A stretch of 64,000 bases of DNA from Utricularia gibba (lineage: Eukaryota > Plantae > Magnoliophyta). How positions within the stretch are numbered: position 1 is the first letter of the stretch; each line of letters begins with the position of its first letter. This document shows, piece by piece, positions 24,023 to 37,241 of the stretch. The notes beneath the pieces are model-generated. The model had not been told where the DNA came from. It saw only the letters and a list, made by a program, of their open reading frames with translations, and did not search any database. A program made the translations under genes and the position numbers. The stretch lies in the NCBI GenBank assembly GCA_002189035.1, contig NEEC01000014.1:372001-436000 (forward strand), written 5' to 3'.

Positions 24023-25095
24023 TGGATCACACCTTGCAATTCTTTTAGTTCATGCGACCCTTTAAGCCCTACAGAGGGTGTGCAGGTGAGACAAAGTGCA
24101 TAGTTTTGTGCCATCAGGCGCAGCTCATATATCTGTTGAGTGTGTACTCTACTTTTTTTCACCTCTTGTGGCCCGTTCTCGCTCTGCACTCTTTTATTTG
24201 GTTAAAACTTGAAAGTAACTACAGTCTTGGTTGTCATTGAGTTATGTAAGGCTTAGTGAAGTTACATTCTCCACATTTGTGTTGTTCGTTCTGTCATGGC
24301 TACAGATTAGTGGGCTTCAGGTTCATGGCTGAACCCTGAACACAACAAAACACACAAGGCAGAAAACAGAGAGCTAAGTCGCATGCCACTTTGTTATTTC
24401 GATGCATGCTGATAGAAGTATATAATAACCCTTATCCCTGCACTGCTCTCATCCCATCCTTTTTGCAAACAAACGTGTAGCGGGAGAAGATACAATTTAT
24501 ATAAGGAGGGAGCTGGGCCTATCCCAGTACAACAGAGTTTAAGGTTGAACTTCACCGGAGTCCTAGTTGGGAGGCAACAGGGGAGCCAAGTGGTGCCACG
24601 AGCAGGGTTCTCAAGGTACAGGCAAAGGCATTCTGGATCAAAAAGTTCAATGCATTTCAGTTTTAGATCAGTCTACTAAAGAACAAACGCGAATATCAAT
24701 TGAGTTCAAAGTCAAGGTCAGCACCACAGACCAACATAACTAAAGAAACACTCCAACTCTAGCCTCTAAGAAAAGCCTGCTGTTTGCTACTTTATCATGT
24801 CGTATCTAAGCTTAACAAGTAACCCATGGCAGATCAATCCATACTGTAAATAAACCAACACATCAACCAAAATTCAACCCATAAGTGTCCTAATATAAGC
24901 GACCGTGAACTGAATTTTACAGCCAGTGAACCAAGAAATATTCTTCCATCAATCCATAATCACAGCCTTTTACTGTAATTTAAACCAACGTAAAGTAAAG
25001 AGTAAACAACATTAGGAGCTTCGACAAACCTCAGATGAAATCCTTGTAACTCCATCGGGCAGCAAAGTTGGTATCTTTCCAACAAACCGAACAAG

Positions 25096-25895
25096 TTACG
25101 AAGATCGAAACACGTCCTTGACAGCAGATGCAGCCGTCAAGTAATTCAATGTGTTTCTCAAAATCTCCTTCTCCCTTTCCAATCTTGTTGCAGTGTCTTC
25201 AAGCTCCAACAGTGCTTGCTGCTCCCACGGTGCACCCTCAAATGTACTCCCAACAAAGAAGGAGAATGGGGTTGGGAATTGATTCTTTCTTAAATCTTGA
25301 GCCTGTTTTTCAGGCTTCCCATTCAGCCGATTCGATAACCTGATCACATCCTTCATATTCATTTCCACTTCGTTAGCTAATGCATCTAGGCTCTGCGCCG
25401 CGCCGGAGGGCCGATCCTCAAGCCATACAACTTCCGCAACCAAATAAGGCTTCGTGCGGACCAATTTAGTGACCCTGAAACGCTCTTGCCCCTTACATAT
25501 CAGGAAGAATCGATCATCGAAAAGACGCTCGTGTTTGATTACCTCTCCAACGCAGCCGACATCGGTGGTTCCCATGGTGGGGTCCGTGTAGATTACGCCA
25601 AATCGGAGATCGGTGTGAAGGAGGGTGTGCATCATCATTCGATACCGAAATTCGAAAACCTGAAGAGGCAAAATTGCGCCAGGGAAGAGGACTAGCGGTA
25701 ACGGGAAAAGGGGTAACTCCACCAAATCGTCGGGATTGCGCGAATTTGCGCGGTGCTGACACCGAAGTGACGGTGGCCTCAGCTGGCGCCGCCGCCGCTG
25801 CTCGGAAAAGGAATATCTGGGTTTGGAGCAATGAAACTGTGGAATTATGTGAGGCGAACGAGAGGGAGAAGAATGCAGAATATGGGTAGCGCCAT
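25096..25895 (-). CDS. Lon N-terminal (LON_substr_bdg) domain protein, probably plastid-targeted; intronless; apparent 1-nt deletion at 25884-25886
   Basis: ELPLFPLPLVLFPGAILPLQVFEFRYRMMMHTLL. The upstream S/R-rich transit-like frame connects to ATG 25895 if one C is restored (MALPHILHSS...). Confidence 0.88.
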
Positions 25896-26145
25896 TGCCA
25901 GTCTTTCTTTCACCTCCTGGAGTAGAGGAGTGTGCAGAGTTTCTGAATTCTCAAACGGCGCTTATCTGGAGGAGGAAGGAACACGTGTAGGCAACTGCTG
26001 CGGGATTGAGATCCGCTGCTGACTTTTCAAAAGATCCAATTTTGATTCCTTTATTCACCTTTAAATAAAATTTATACAAACACCATAAATTGCAAATCGT
26101 TTCAACTGGACTGGAGCACGGGGCAGCGAACGGCGGCACTGGACA

Positions 26146-28142
26146 ATGTTTGCCCCTACGCTTCAAGGATTCAAGGTAGCTTCTTTGGCGCCATACTAGG
26201 GTTTAATTTCTTGTCTGGGCTGTAATGTTTCGTGTATTGGGTTGCAGCTGATACTGGGATCATCTTCCATTTCCCGCAAAAAGATACTAGCCGACGCGGG
26301 CTATCAGTTCACAACGATGGTGAGTTTTTTCTTTCTTTAATCTGAGTTGCTTGTCTCCGTGTGCAATGTGAAGGGATGACGATGAAAAGTTTACAACTTT
26401 TTTAGTTTTTTTGAATCTGTCTTGAAAACGCAGTTTTCTCCACGTAATTCGACCTGTGTATGTTTCAGGCTGCAGATATAGATGAGAAGGGCATCCGGAA
26501 GGAAAAGCCTGAAGACTTGGTGATGGCACTTGCTGAAGCGAAGGTATCATCTTTTTGATGGGTACCTGCTACATGGTTCAAGATAGCATCATTTTTCAGA
26601 AAATATCTTTCTTTTAACTTATGTCTTTATTTGTGCTTTAGGCGGACGCCATAGTCAGGAAAGTGAAGGCTATTGAGAAGGAGCCTACTGTCGTCATAAC
26701 ATCAGACACTGTATGCAGCTTATTTTTTTTCATTGAAGTCATGGAATTTATGTGACATTCTGAAGATATGGCATTGGTGTTTACATGTCAAGCTGGGCTT
26801 GTTTCTGAAATCCAAATTAGAGACTGATGAGTTTGCTTTCCTTGAGCCAGATGGAAAGAAAAGCATATAATCAATGTTTCTTTGATGATTGATTGCCTGT
26901 CTACAGATTTACTTGCTTATATCTACTACGTTTCTCACTAGGTAGAAAACTCAAAATCAAAGCTTCATGGTGAAGAGGATGCTGAAACAACCCTACTAAT
27001 TACTTGCGACCAAGTATATGAAATATTTTTTGGTTTATTAACGATTCTGTAAACAAAATTTGGATGCATGTATTCTTCAAGAAGTATTTGCTCTGAGGAT
27101 TGAATGATTATGTTTCATTTCTAGTGGTTTCATTATATACATTCTTTCTCATCTCACTTGGAATGGTATTATTGTGGAGGTTGTGGTGTATGAAGGGGAG
27201 ATAAGGGAAAAACCATCAAGCAAAGATGAAGCTCGTGAATTTCTGAAAGGTGTCACCACATTTCTGCATTTATTTCTTGTTTATATGGTAGTCTCATTGG
27301 CTAGGTTTTGGTGTTTCAGGTTACTCTGGTGGGCATGCTGCGACTGTGAGTTCTGTCCTTGTTACAAACCTCGGCTCTGGGTTAAGAAAAGGGGATTGGG
27401 ACAGAGTTGAGGTACCACTTGTCTAGCATTTTTTGTGTACAGCAAGGGACTTTGCGTTTCAGCAATTGTGTTTCTGGAGATTTATGAAGTTGGCACCTGG
27501 ATGGTGAACCTTCACAGATTTTGTTGTGCATAGATTTGTTTGAAGTATTTTTAGCTCCATTCCTGTTCGTTTCTACGACTTCATACCCATAAAGTTGATG
27601 TAGATTGTCAAACATTTCTCTTTATGTGACCCGTTTGTACACTGTTGCTTCATTCATTTTTTTTTCTCATAATTTTTGCAGATCTATTTCCATGATATAC
27701 CCGAGGAGATAATTGAAAAACTGGTACATAGTTCTCCATGATTTCAAAGATTTCCCTGCCAAAACTCATTGATGAATGAATTGCTATACTTTCCACAGAT
27801 TGAAGAGGGGATTGTGCTAAACGTTGCTGGAGGACTACTGATAGAGCATTCTCTGGTTTTGCCTTATATCAAAAAAGTGGTTTGTGCTTCTATTTCTGTA
27901 TTCCATAAAAAAAAAAAGTGATTTGCTTCATAAAACTCATGAATCAGATAATACATTGAAAAGCATGCAAAGCTATATAGTAACCCTTTCACCTTCAAAC
28001 GACCTGAGTCATGTTTTCTGATGATGTTTTTTTGTGTGTGTATGTCATTAGTTTTATTTTGCTATGGCAGGTTGGTGAAATTGACAGCGTAATGGGACTT
28101 CCAATGGCCCTCACCAGGAAACTTGTTGAGGATGTTCTGTAG
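26146..28142 (+). CDS. Maf-family nucleotide pyrophosphatase, with two alternative paralogous exons (26642-26710, 26942-27013)
   Basis: Spliced FK|LILGSSSISRKKILADAGYQFTTM|AADIDEKGIRKEKPEDLVMALAEAK|...|VVVYEGEIREKP...|...NVAGGLLIEH...|VGEIDSVMGLP. Confidence 0.9.
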
Positions 28143-28280
28143 ATTAATCTCCATATTCTTGTTTTTACGTAGCTTTATTCAGTTGTCTGCGTTATGTCAC
28201 TTGAATCTTCAGTATCTATTAAGTGGGTGTTGCCCAAGGGTTGATTCTATATGAAAATGATTCATTCCAGCGACCCATAT

Positions 28281-28969
28281 TTAACATAGTTCCAATGTGA
28301 GGTCTTCAAGATGTTTTATTCTACACAATGCAGACACATAACTTCTGCTATTTCTTTGAGTTAGATAGCACTCATATAGCTCGTAAGTTGAAATACGAAA
28401 TAAAGACGCCTGGCAATGAAAGGTGAAACATCGTGGTGCCTTTTCTTGTGAGTTTCCATCTATTCCACGCACTTCTGTAGCTATGTCTTCATTGAAGTTT
28501 CATATATTTCATCCTGAAAGAACAGAAGAAAAAAACTGTAACACGACGCTGCTCCTTTTTATCATGAGGTTAGAATTTCTGTTGAATTGTTTTTTATCAA
28601 TATGTTTGTATGTTTATGAAATGCTGCAATCCCTGTATGTGCTGTAGCATGTGGGTGAAAAGATATGCATCTTATGCTGAGTGTGTGACTGGTCCATACG
28701 ATTTCTGCATACCTTTGCTCCTGCATCTCAGCTATCTTATTGTTTTTGCTGCTGAAGTCTTTGTAATTTGGCACCGGAACTTTCCCAGATTCAATGCGGT
28801 TGATGTCATGGACTAGTCTCTGGTAATGCAACTTCACCTCCTCCACGCTTTTCCCGCCTACAGCCCGAGCCATGTTCTGCCAACGGTCAGGTGTGTCTCT
28901 ATCATAGGTAGCCAAGGCATCCTCGAAAGCCTTGTTTTGCTTTGCCGTCCAAGTAGAGTTGGAACTCAT
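28281..28969 (-). CDS. RADIALIS-like single SANT/MYB protein; exons 28969-28713, 28320-28281
   Basis: [52 protein letters not shown]...[11 protein letters not shown]. Exon 2 is less certain. Confidence 0.9.
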
Positions 28970-30312
28970 TTTGCAACCTTGTAGACAGGATGCTTGCAGT
29001 ATTGAGTTCTCACATTGGAGACCTGCTCTTATATAGTGTTGGTGAGGGGGGGATCTGGGAGAAAGTCTGAAGGAGACATGGCTTCCCTCACCTTTTGTAA
29101 GACAAATAAAAGACAAAGCTTACCCAATACAATGATGGGATGTCCTTTTGCAGATTTTATTCAACTTTCTTTCCAGATTACATGCATTTCTTTCTTCAGA
29201 ATAATTTATGGGTCAATTGTGATTGAAAATCTGCAACTGAACAAAGCCAATGTATTAGTAGAATGGCTTTCATGGTTAGTCCTCGTGGTCTACTGGGAAT
29301 TATACCAATAAGAAAGGGGATACTTGCAGCTTGAAACACTTGAAGCCTTTAGGCTGCAGTAATAATAAACTGAACAATGGTTAGTTTCTACTGGCACCAC
29401 CAATGAGGCTTTGTTTCCACTGGAAGTTGGATGGGAATGGGATTGAGGTTCAACCTGATGCCTATTTTTGGGTCAGTTGATTCCCATGTTCATTGATATT
29501 TGTGCCTATTTCCTCTCAAGTTATCCCCTTTCCTTTTCAATATTCACATTCGTGCTCGGTGGGAGAAAAATAAGGCTGACAGATGCTCTTTTACCCCGCA
29601 GTCCGTCATCTTCCAAAGACAAAACATGAGTTGCAGCAGAGGCGCCTGTCTATCTGATCAACGAGGCTTGAGGTGAAATGAAGGGGAGATGTTGCCGATG
29701 GAAAACTATCTTGTTGATCCTCCACGTTGGCGCTGCATCAAAATCCACCCTCAGGTGGTATCACCGCTGCTGCTGCCCGGCTGTGTTGTCTTCTGATGGT
29801 CGTGGTGAATGGATTCCCCATTGACAACGGTGATGACGATGAGCGTGCGGAATCAGGAATCCGATGCCCCTGTTGAATGGAATCCCTTTTTACAGCTGGG
29901 AGCTTCCATCGATGGCGATCATCTGAATGAGACTTGGACGCACGGCTTTCACTCGGGACGATGATATTTTTGAAGATGGGCCCCACCATATTGTGATTCT
30001 AGATATTTTGTCCGTACGCCACTACAAACAAGCTTACGGTTTGTTCATGTTTACTTACATGAGACCGACGACATAGAATCAAGAAAAAAAACTAAACCCA
30101 TTTTGTTATATATTATCATTATTTTTTGTAAATGTTTTTGGGATTTAAAAGAATAAATTTTCAACAAATAATATGTCAAAAAAACTCATTATTTCCAAAT
30201 CATTTTTTTAAACTACTTAAAATTTGATTCTGAATAAATTCACCACCCTTCCATTCACTTTCTAACAGGCACTGGGCATATCGAACAACAAAGTCTACTT
30301 GTAACAAGTGCA

Positions 30313-33300
30313 CTATTCCTCATCTTCAGTTGTTGCTGGCTTTGTAATCTTGGGAGGAGAATACTTCTTTAGTAGCCTGTCTTTGTTTTCTTTCCACCAT
30401 TCTGCCGCCTGCTGCTCGGAAAAATGGCGTTTGCTGCACAAGAACTAAGGCATCAGAATTGGTGGTGGAATGATGACGAATATTGAATCCCCAGCTAAGT
30501 GGGATGAAATGAAATATGAGTATAGTTTGGAAGAAAACCTGAATTGGACTCTCTTGAAAACCTTGGATCCATTCACTAGCTGCACAAGTGTCACATAAAC
30601 ACCGGGTTCGAATTGCTCCACAGCTTCCTTGTATCCCTTGTTGGGAGCTTCAGGGGCCCCAAGGCCACTGCCTTCTATAATTGATTGACTATCTGTTCTT
30701 CTATGAAAATCTGAAGATGAATTGATTCCTGTTGGAGTTCCACTCAAGCTCTTGGGAGTCACTTGATTTCCTGAATCAACCTGCTCTTCTGTTGCTGCAC
30801 TTGATTCACCAGTCGTTATCTTGTGATCAGCATGATTCCGTTCCTCTTTTGATGATTCTTGAGGCAAATTCAAAAATATTTCAGCCTGAATAGTATCCAG
30901 CAAAGAGTCAACTTGAGCATTTACGGTCTCAAAGGATTGGTTTTCTGATGTGTCTAGTGGCATCTTTTGCTTGATTTCTTTCAACTGCAGAATATGAGGT
31001 GAGAAATTAATGTTAGTAAAAGTAATCCGCTTGAAAGGTGGGGTATTGTCTAAATCCCCTGCAAAACTTCTTGTAAATCAAATTATCTCTCAGTTTGAAT
31101 GAGCAGTTTTGGACTAGCCCAATCACTAGGAGTCTATCTCAGAGTCTACCTGATTTGTGATCGTCTTAAAAGCTTGCATAACTTTGTCACACTCGGAAGA
31201 CTTGAAAGCAACTAGTGAATTAGCTTCTTGGGCTGCTTCCTTTAGCTTCTGTATTTCTATGCATTGGCTATCGGTTTTGTGTTTCAGGCTTTTTACCTGA
31301 GTTGACACCAGCAATGATAACCATGGATGAAATAAAGCAATAGAATGAATTAAGTTAAAAGGAGAGAAGTAACCTCTCCATGAAGTTTGGAAACTTCCTG
31401 GTTTAGAAGATCATTTGTCCTCTTTAAGGTATCAACGTTCCCTCTAGAAAACACCGGAGAAGGGGATCGTGGAGGACTTGGTCTTCTCGAAAATGGGGAA
31501 GTAGATCTTGAGCTGGATTGAGACTGGGAAGTGTATGCAGATGAGGTGATGGTAGGCATCATAGCAAATTGAGATGCACTGAGGGAACTGGGAAAAGCAG
31601 CATCTCTAAGCTTCAACGCTGATGGAACTTGAGAAGCACGTTGCATTCCTGACTTCACCTCAAGATACTTGACAGGTTCGACATTGTGGGAGAACAAAAC
31701 TCTTGAAGCTCTCGCATTTCTGTTGCTGAATTCTGTGAATCTACGAGGTCCCAAACTTCTTCTGGTTAGACTTGCTACACGGCTAACCTCTGATGTTCTT
31801 TTGAGTTTCTGATAGCAAGAATCGCAAACACGGTGTGGTTTCTCTGGCGTTGGAGCAAGAGCTGCTCGCAGCGCCTTCTTTGAACTACAAGCATGGCAAT
31901 GCACCAATCCACAATGATAACAATTCCTGCGTTTTCGAGTAAAACCAAAGGCTTGACGGCAGGAAGTACACACTGATTGATCTGATCCAGCAGTCCACCT
32001 ATGCATACATATCGTTGTTGTGTAGTTTGAGCCACAAGAAATGTGCCTCACCTGTCTATCTTTGAGAGCTTCAACCAATTTGGGGACATGAACATCTTCC
32101 AAGTCCCCGTGTCCTAATCTACCATTAGCTCCTTTTCCCCAAGTAAAAAGTTCGCTCCTTGACGTGAGAACTGCAACATGGGATTGACCACAAGCTATCT
32201 GTTCAACAAATTCTCCAACCAATCCATCTTGTACAAGGCCTGGCAACTTCCCACTGGATTTTGGAGTTCCCAACTGCCCATTGTCATTCCGTCCCATCGT
32301 GAAGACATGACCAGAAGTTGTAAGTACGACTGTCATTTTACTTCCACATGAGATCTGGTGGATGTTGTAGTCAATAAGGGAAGACACACAGGTTGGAATG
32401 AGAAAAGTATTCTTGTTTCCATGACCCAATTGGTAATCATCTCCATCACCCCATGTAAACAACTTTCTTGAGGAGACATGCGCACCAGATCGACTCGCAA
32501 CTTCTACAAGTGCAGCAGTGTGCCACATTCCACAGGAAACAGCAAGAGTTCTCAAGCCATTCAAAGCTTGGACAATCTTCGGACTTCTTGCATTTTCACG
32601 ATCACCATGGCCTAAAGCTCCAAATGCCCCATCCCCAAAAGTGAGTAAGCCCCCTGTGGAAGTTATAACTGCTGTATGCCAGGAGCCACAGTCCACCGCT
32701 GTAACTTGAATTCCCTCCAAAGACCTAGAAACTCTTTTTGGTATCCAATGACTAACATCGTTATCATGACCAAGAAGTCCTGCATTATACACACCATCAC
32801 CCCATGTGTGTAAATCCCCAGATGCAGAAATTGCACATGAATGAAATTCGCCACATGAAATAAACTCAATACTTGAAACAGACAACGACTCTATAAGCTT
32901 GGGGGAGCTCAAGTCTCGCTCATTTCCATGTCCCAATCGGCCACCGTATTCTTCACCCCATGTGAAGACCTCGCCTTGCCTAGTAACAAGGCCTTTATGA
33001 CTAACCCCACACGAGATTTGGATCACATCAATAACAACATTTGACTCAAGTTGTTTAGGAAGCAGAACATCACTTTTTTGTGCAGTTCCTGGCCCAAGTC
33101 CATCTATGCAAATCTCACCCCACATGTAAACATCGCCCAGTGATTCGGTGTCATCTAGTCCAGCATACTGACCTGACGAACTGCTTGAGACACTAATTCT
33201 ACCACCATCTCCACTTGTTCTTGTTTGCATATTTGAACATTCGGACCCCAAGAAAGAGCCAGAGCGTTTCAAGCGAATATCACGAGAAATTGAATCAGTA

Positions 33301-34507
33301 GAGAATCTTCCTTGAAAAATATTAAAAGGACCTTCTAGATTTGACCCAAGAGCACGGTTTTCGTGGGAGTTGTCAGTAACGTTACCATGGAACTGCATAG
33401 AACAACAGATGAATCTTGTAAATCTCTTTAATTCATAAAATTTTAGTTTTGAATTCTTGTTCAATCAAAATATCTTTATTGTCAATTAGTTTGATAATCA
33501 TTCCAAGAAGAACATCAGGTAAGTTGAATTCTAGTGCTGGGACCGAGACATGAGTGCCATCAGCAACTGTGACAAATGACTTGAAATAACACACAGCAAG
33601 TAAAACTACTATAATAAGAGAAATGGAACTTACTTCCGGGATTTCACTTCTAGTCCGTCTATTGCATGGTTGATAAGTTGATATTAAAGCCTTCAAAGCA
33701 TTAAGCCATATTTCAGATTCAACTTTGTCCTTACATATCTGAGATATAACCAAAGGTAGTGAATATGTTATCTTTTATTGATAACAAAATTAAAATTATC
33801 ATGGAGTGTTTTACTTACCAGATCAAGAGATCTTTCATCATTACTGTGTATGAGAGAAAATGACAAGTACTCTTTATCTGGACAGTAAAATCTTTGAAAA
33901 ACAGGCTGCGCAGACAAAAAAACAACATGAATTAGACTACCGCATTTCGAAGCAGCTATACGATATTCCAAGAGAAGGTAGAAATGACTCTCTCATAAAT
34001 GCAATCACCCTTCACAAAAAAAAGAGTTCATTAACTTACTGTTCTTTGTCCAGGTATGATACGTGACACAGAAGATAATTTCAAGTATTTTTCCTCCCCT
34101 TTGGAATACCAAATCAAAGTTGTCTCATCCTGTACATGTAAATTGTAATTGAGGATTCAAGAGCATATGATACAACCATGAATAAAACAACACCCTTTGA
34201 GAGACACTTGGCGCACATAATAGCTTACCGTGGAAAGCCTAAATGTACGAAACTTCGGTTTCCCTTTCCTGCAGTACTTTAGCAACTGTGTACCTTTCTT
34301 CAAAGTAAGGATTGCCTTCAAAGATAACACAGAGAAAATAAAGGAACTCAATTTGTAAACCAAGATCTTTATGCACGATGATCACAAAATAACATAAGAA
34401 ATTCCTAGAAAAATCTAAAATAATTGAGCATCTTAATCCCTGGAAATCTTGAAACATAACAAACTGCTTACCTGATCATTGCTTCCATAACTAGCAAGAT
34501 CTGCCAT
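30313..34507 (-). CDS. PH-RCC1-FYVE-BRX domain protein (PRAF/RLD family), multi-exon
   Basis: LKKGTQLLKYCRKGKPKF (PH), RCC1 repeats (GRLGHG, ISCGEFHSC), FYVE (CRQAFGFTRKRRNCYHCGLVHC), BRX (EQFEPGVYVTL...KRHFSEQQAAEWW). Confidence 0.93.
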
Positions 34508-35014
34508 TCCATCTTTACCAAATCCAAGAAAAATTACCAACTTTTCCCATCAATCATTGCTCATCCTTTCCGTCAACACCAAATAAACGGCACAAAATAT
34601 TTGAATCCCCAGCGCATGTTCGATGATCCATTCCATAATCAACACAAGATAATCAAAAATCGAAAAAATGAAATAAAATTCCAACAGAGTTTTCGGATTC
34701 TTGGTGGTGATGATGAGAACTTCACGGCGTATTTATTGGAAATGAGACATGCAACAGATTTCTGAAGGGAGATGAAAGATAAGCGGATTTGGCGCGCTTT
34801 CTAACCGTACCTAAACGGTAAAAAAAAGAACAATAATGGGCCTACCGTACAGCTGACGGCCCCATTACATTCGAGTTAGTTGATTCCAATGAAAATATTA
34901 ATTATTATATTACTATTTTTGGAAATGACGTTCCATAAGATTCATCGTCTTCATGGCACTAAGCAGATTACAAAAAACATAAGTCTGGTCATGCTAATGG
35001 CCTTGTCTTGAACC

Positions 35015-36283
35015 CTACTGACCTGAACCGGGTTCACTGCGACTCGACTCCGGTGACGGTTCATCCGGCTGAGCACAGCCCCAAAACTTGGCAGTTCTGG
35101 CGTCATCCTGAACCATTTCCAATGAGCATTTCTCATGATCGTACTGCAGAGTAGCTTTGCCTCCAAACTCTGTAGGTAGATTGTCCACATCGAAGTATAA
35201 GTTCATGAGTTCCACACTGTCCTTTTTCTTTGGGTAAACGATCTTCACTTTCTCGAACGTTTTCGCATCGATGAAGTACTTGCAGACCTGAAATGTGCAT
35301 GAAACCACACATTATACACCGTTTATCAAAGTTGCAGCCTTGAGGGTCTGATGCAACAAACCTTCCAAAAAGCATCGAATATCCGAGGAGGGTTGTAGAG
35401 GAATGCAACTGCGAGCCTCTCGGGGTAGTGGTTTTGTAAGATGTGAGTTGTTTCTCTGGAGGATTTGATGGAGATTTTGGTGCTTAAGGACAACCCTGTG
35501 TAGTCCACCAACCAAACCATCTGCTCTTGTCCCTCTGGAAGGTTAATTATCGCATTCTCAAGGAAGTACACCAGCTGTCTTATCTGAGCCTCCACACAGG
35601 TAGAGTTCTGAAACAAGAGAGTTTTGCAACAAATGATAAACGGAACGGATAGAGCAGCAACAATCTTGATATATGACTTCATTTTTTTAAGCAAGCATGG
35701 CACATATAGACTGACTTGCTTTGCTGGCCTCATTAAAATAACAGGTCTCCCATGGCGGTCATGAAAATTGGCTCTAAATAGTTTTCCTGTCTCACTTTCA
35801 GCTGCAACTTCATGCTGCAATTTATGGACATGATGATAAATAAATCAAAGAGGGAGTGTTTTTCCGTGAAAAGTATTGCATCCTTCAAGCAAACCGAATG
35901 GTTACCCAACGGATTTCTTCGGGTTTATAAGATGCTCTCCATTTTAAGCTCTCCTCCAGCATCTTCTTTGCTTTCCCAACGTGCCAGTTTCGTGCTTCGA
36001 GGTACCGCCTCAAGCAGGCATCACTGCAGTACATCAAACTGCGGCCTGAAAGTTCTCCTAGAGAAGCTTTAAGCTCATCGATCTGCAACCAAGCAAGTTA
36101 GTTCCCAAGTAGCCAGACTAATACCAAGCCTTAAACACCCAAACTCAAATGCATCAATATACCAAGACTTAAGTAACCCCTTTAACTATTTCATTGCAAC
36201 AACCAACGCCAAATCAAGAAGAACATCACCTTCTGTCTTTGCACCATCATCTTATCCTCACTCTCTTTCTCATGGGATGCCAT
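35015..36283 (-). CDS. Sec14p/CRAL-TRIO lipid-binding protein (random slug protein 5-like)
   Basis: DACLRRYLEARNWHV.KAKKMLEESLKWR, HDRHGRPVILMRPA, LQNHYPERLAVAFLYNPP, DNLPTEFGGK. Start ATG 36283 is inferred. Confidence 0.9.
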
Positions 36284-37147
36284 GATCTAATCCAAGTGTT
36301 CTTGATTCCTTCTGATCAAATGACAAACAGCTACTCAGAAAGGTCACAATGACAGATAACCAACACCCATAAAGGAATTAAATGTGCAACCAAAAGATTA
36401 AAAAAAAGGAAGTACCCGAATGCCTATTAGATATACTCCCAGATCCAAAATCAGAAAAATTCACAAAAAGAAGGCCATTTTCAACAATGAAGAAACTAAC
36501 CGCAAAAAAAAAACTGAAGTACCCAAATGCCTGATAGATATACTATTAGATCCAATCCAACCCATTTTCTACAACGAAGAACTAAAGCATAAGTTTTTAC
36601 TTCGCAGAATGATAAGGGCAACGACATAATCGTCACCTATCCGAAAATGAGCCTGTTTTTCGTGAAAACAGCACTGCTATTTAACGGTTGAGCCAAAAAA
36701 AAAAAAAAAAAAAAACTGAGGAAGAAAAACGCAGAAACAAGAAAACGAAGAAGAGAGCAACGTACAAGAGGAATAGTATTAACTCTAACACTATGGGCGG
36801 TCAACACCACACTCAAAATGTCGAATCCAAAATCCAACAATTTAAAAGAAGGCAGACGACGACGCAGTCCACACATGAGACTACGGGAAGCCTCATATCT
36901 GAATAAATCTATTGCGTAGCCCATGCTCTCTTTACCTACATAACATCACGTGCTGCTGTCTCCCTGCATTCCATGACATGTATATTTATTACCCCGCAAC
37001 GGCTGTTGTCCGCCAGCACTAACGGGTTAATGCCACTCCAGTCCGTAGATAACTTTTAGAAACTTACCGTGGATTACTGCTACGGTAAATACTAAATGAA
37101 GAACAAGCTTTGGATCTCTGTCTGTCTGTCGGCCGTCGTCTGGTTCA

Positions 37148-37241
37148 TGGGCTGGGCTAATTCCTTTTTTATCTCCGTGGACAACTACATAAGCCCAAAC
37201 GTTGTTCTCGAGCCCATATTAACTTCGGGCCTATAAGCCCA
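37148..37241. promoter_or_regulatory. Cluster of site II (TGGGCY) elements in the divergent CRAL-TRIO/PP2C promoter
   Basis: At least five TGGGCT/AGCCCA copies in under 100 bp. Confidence 0.6.
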
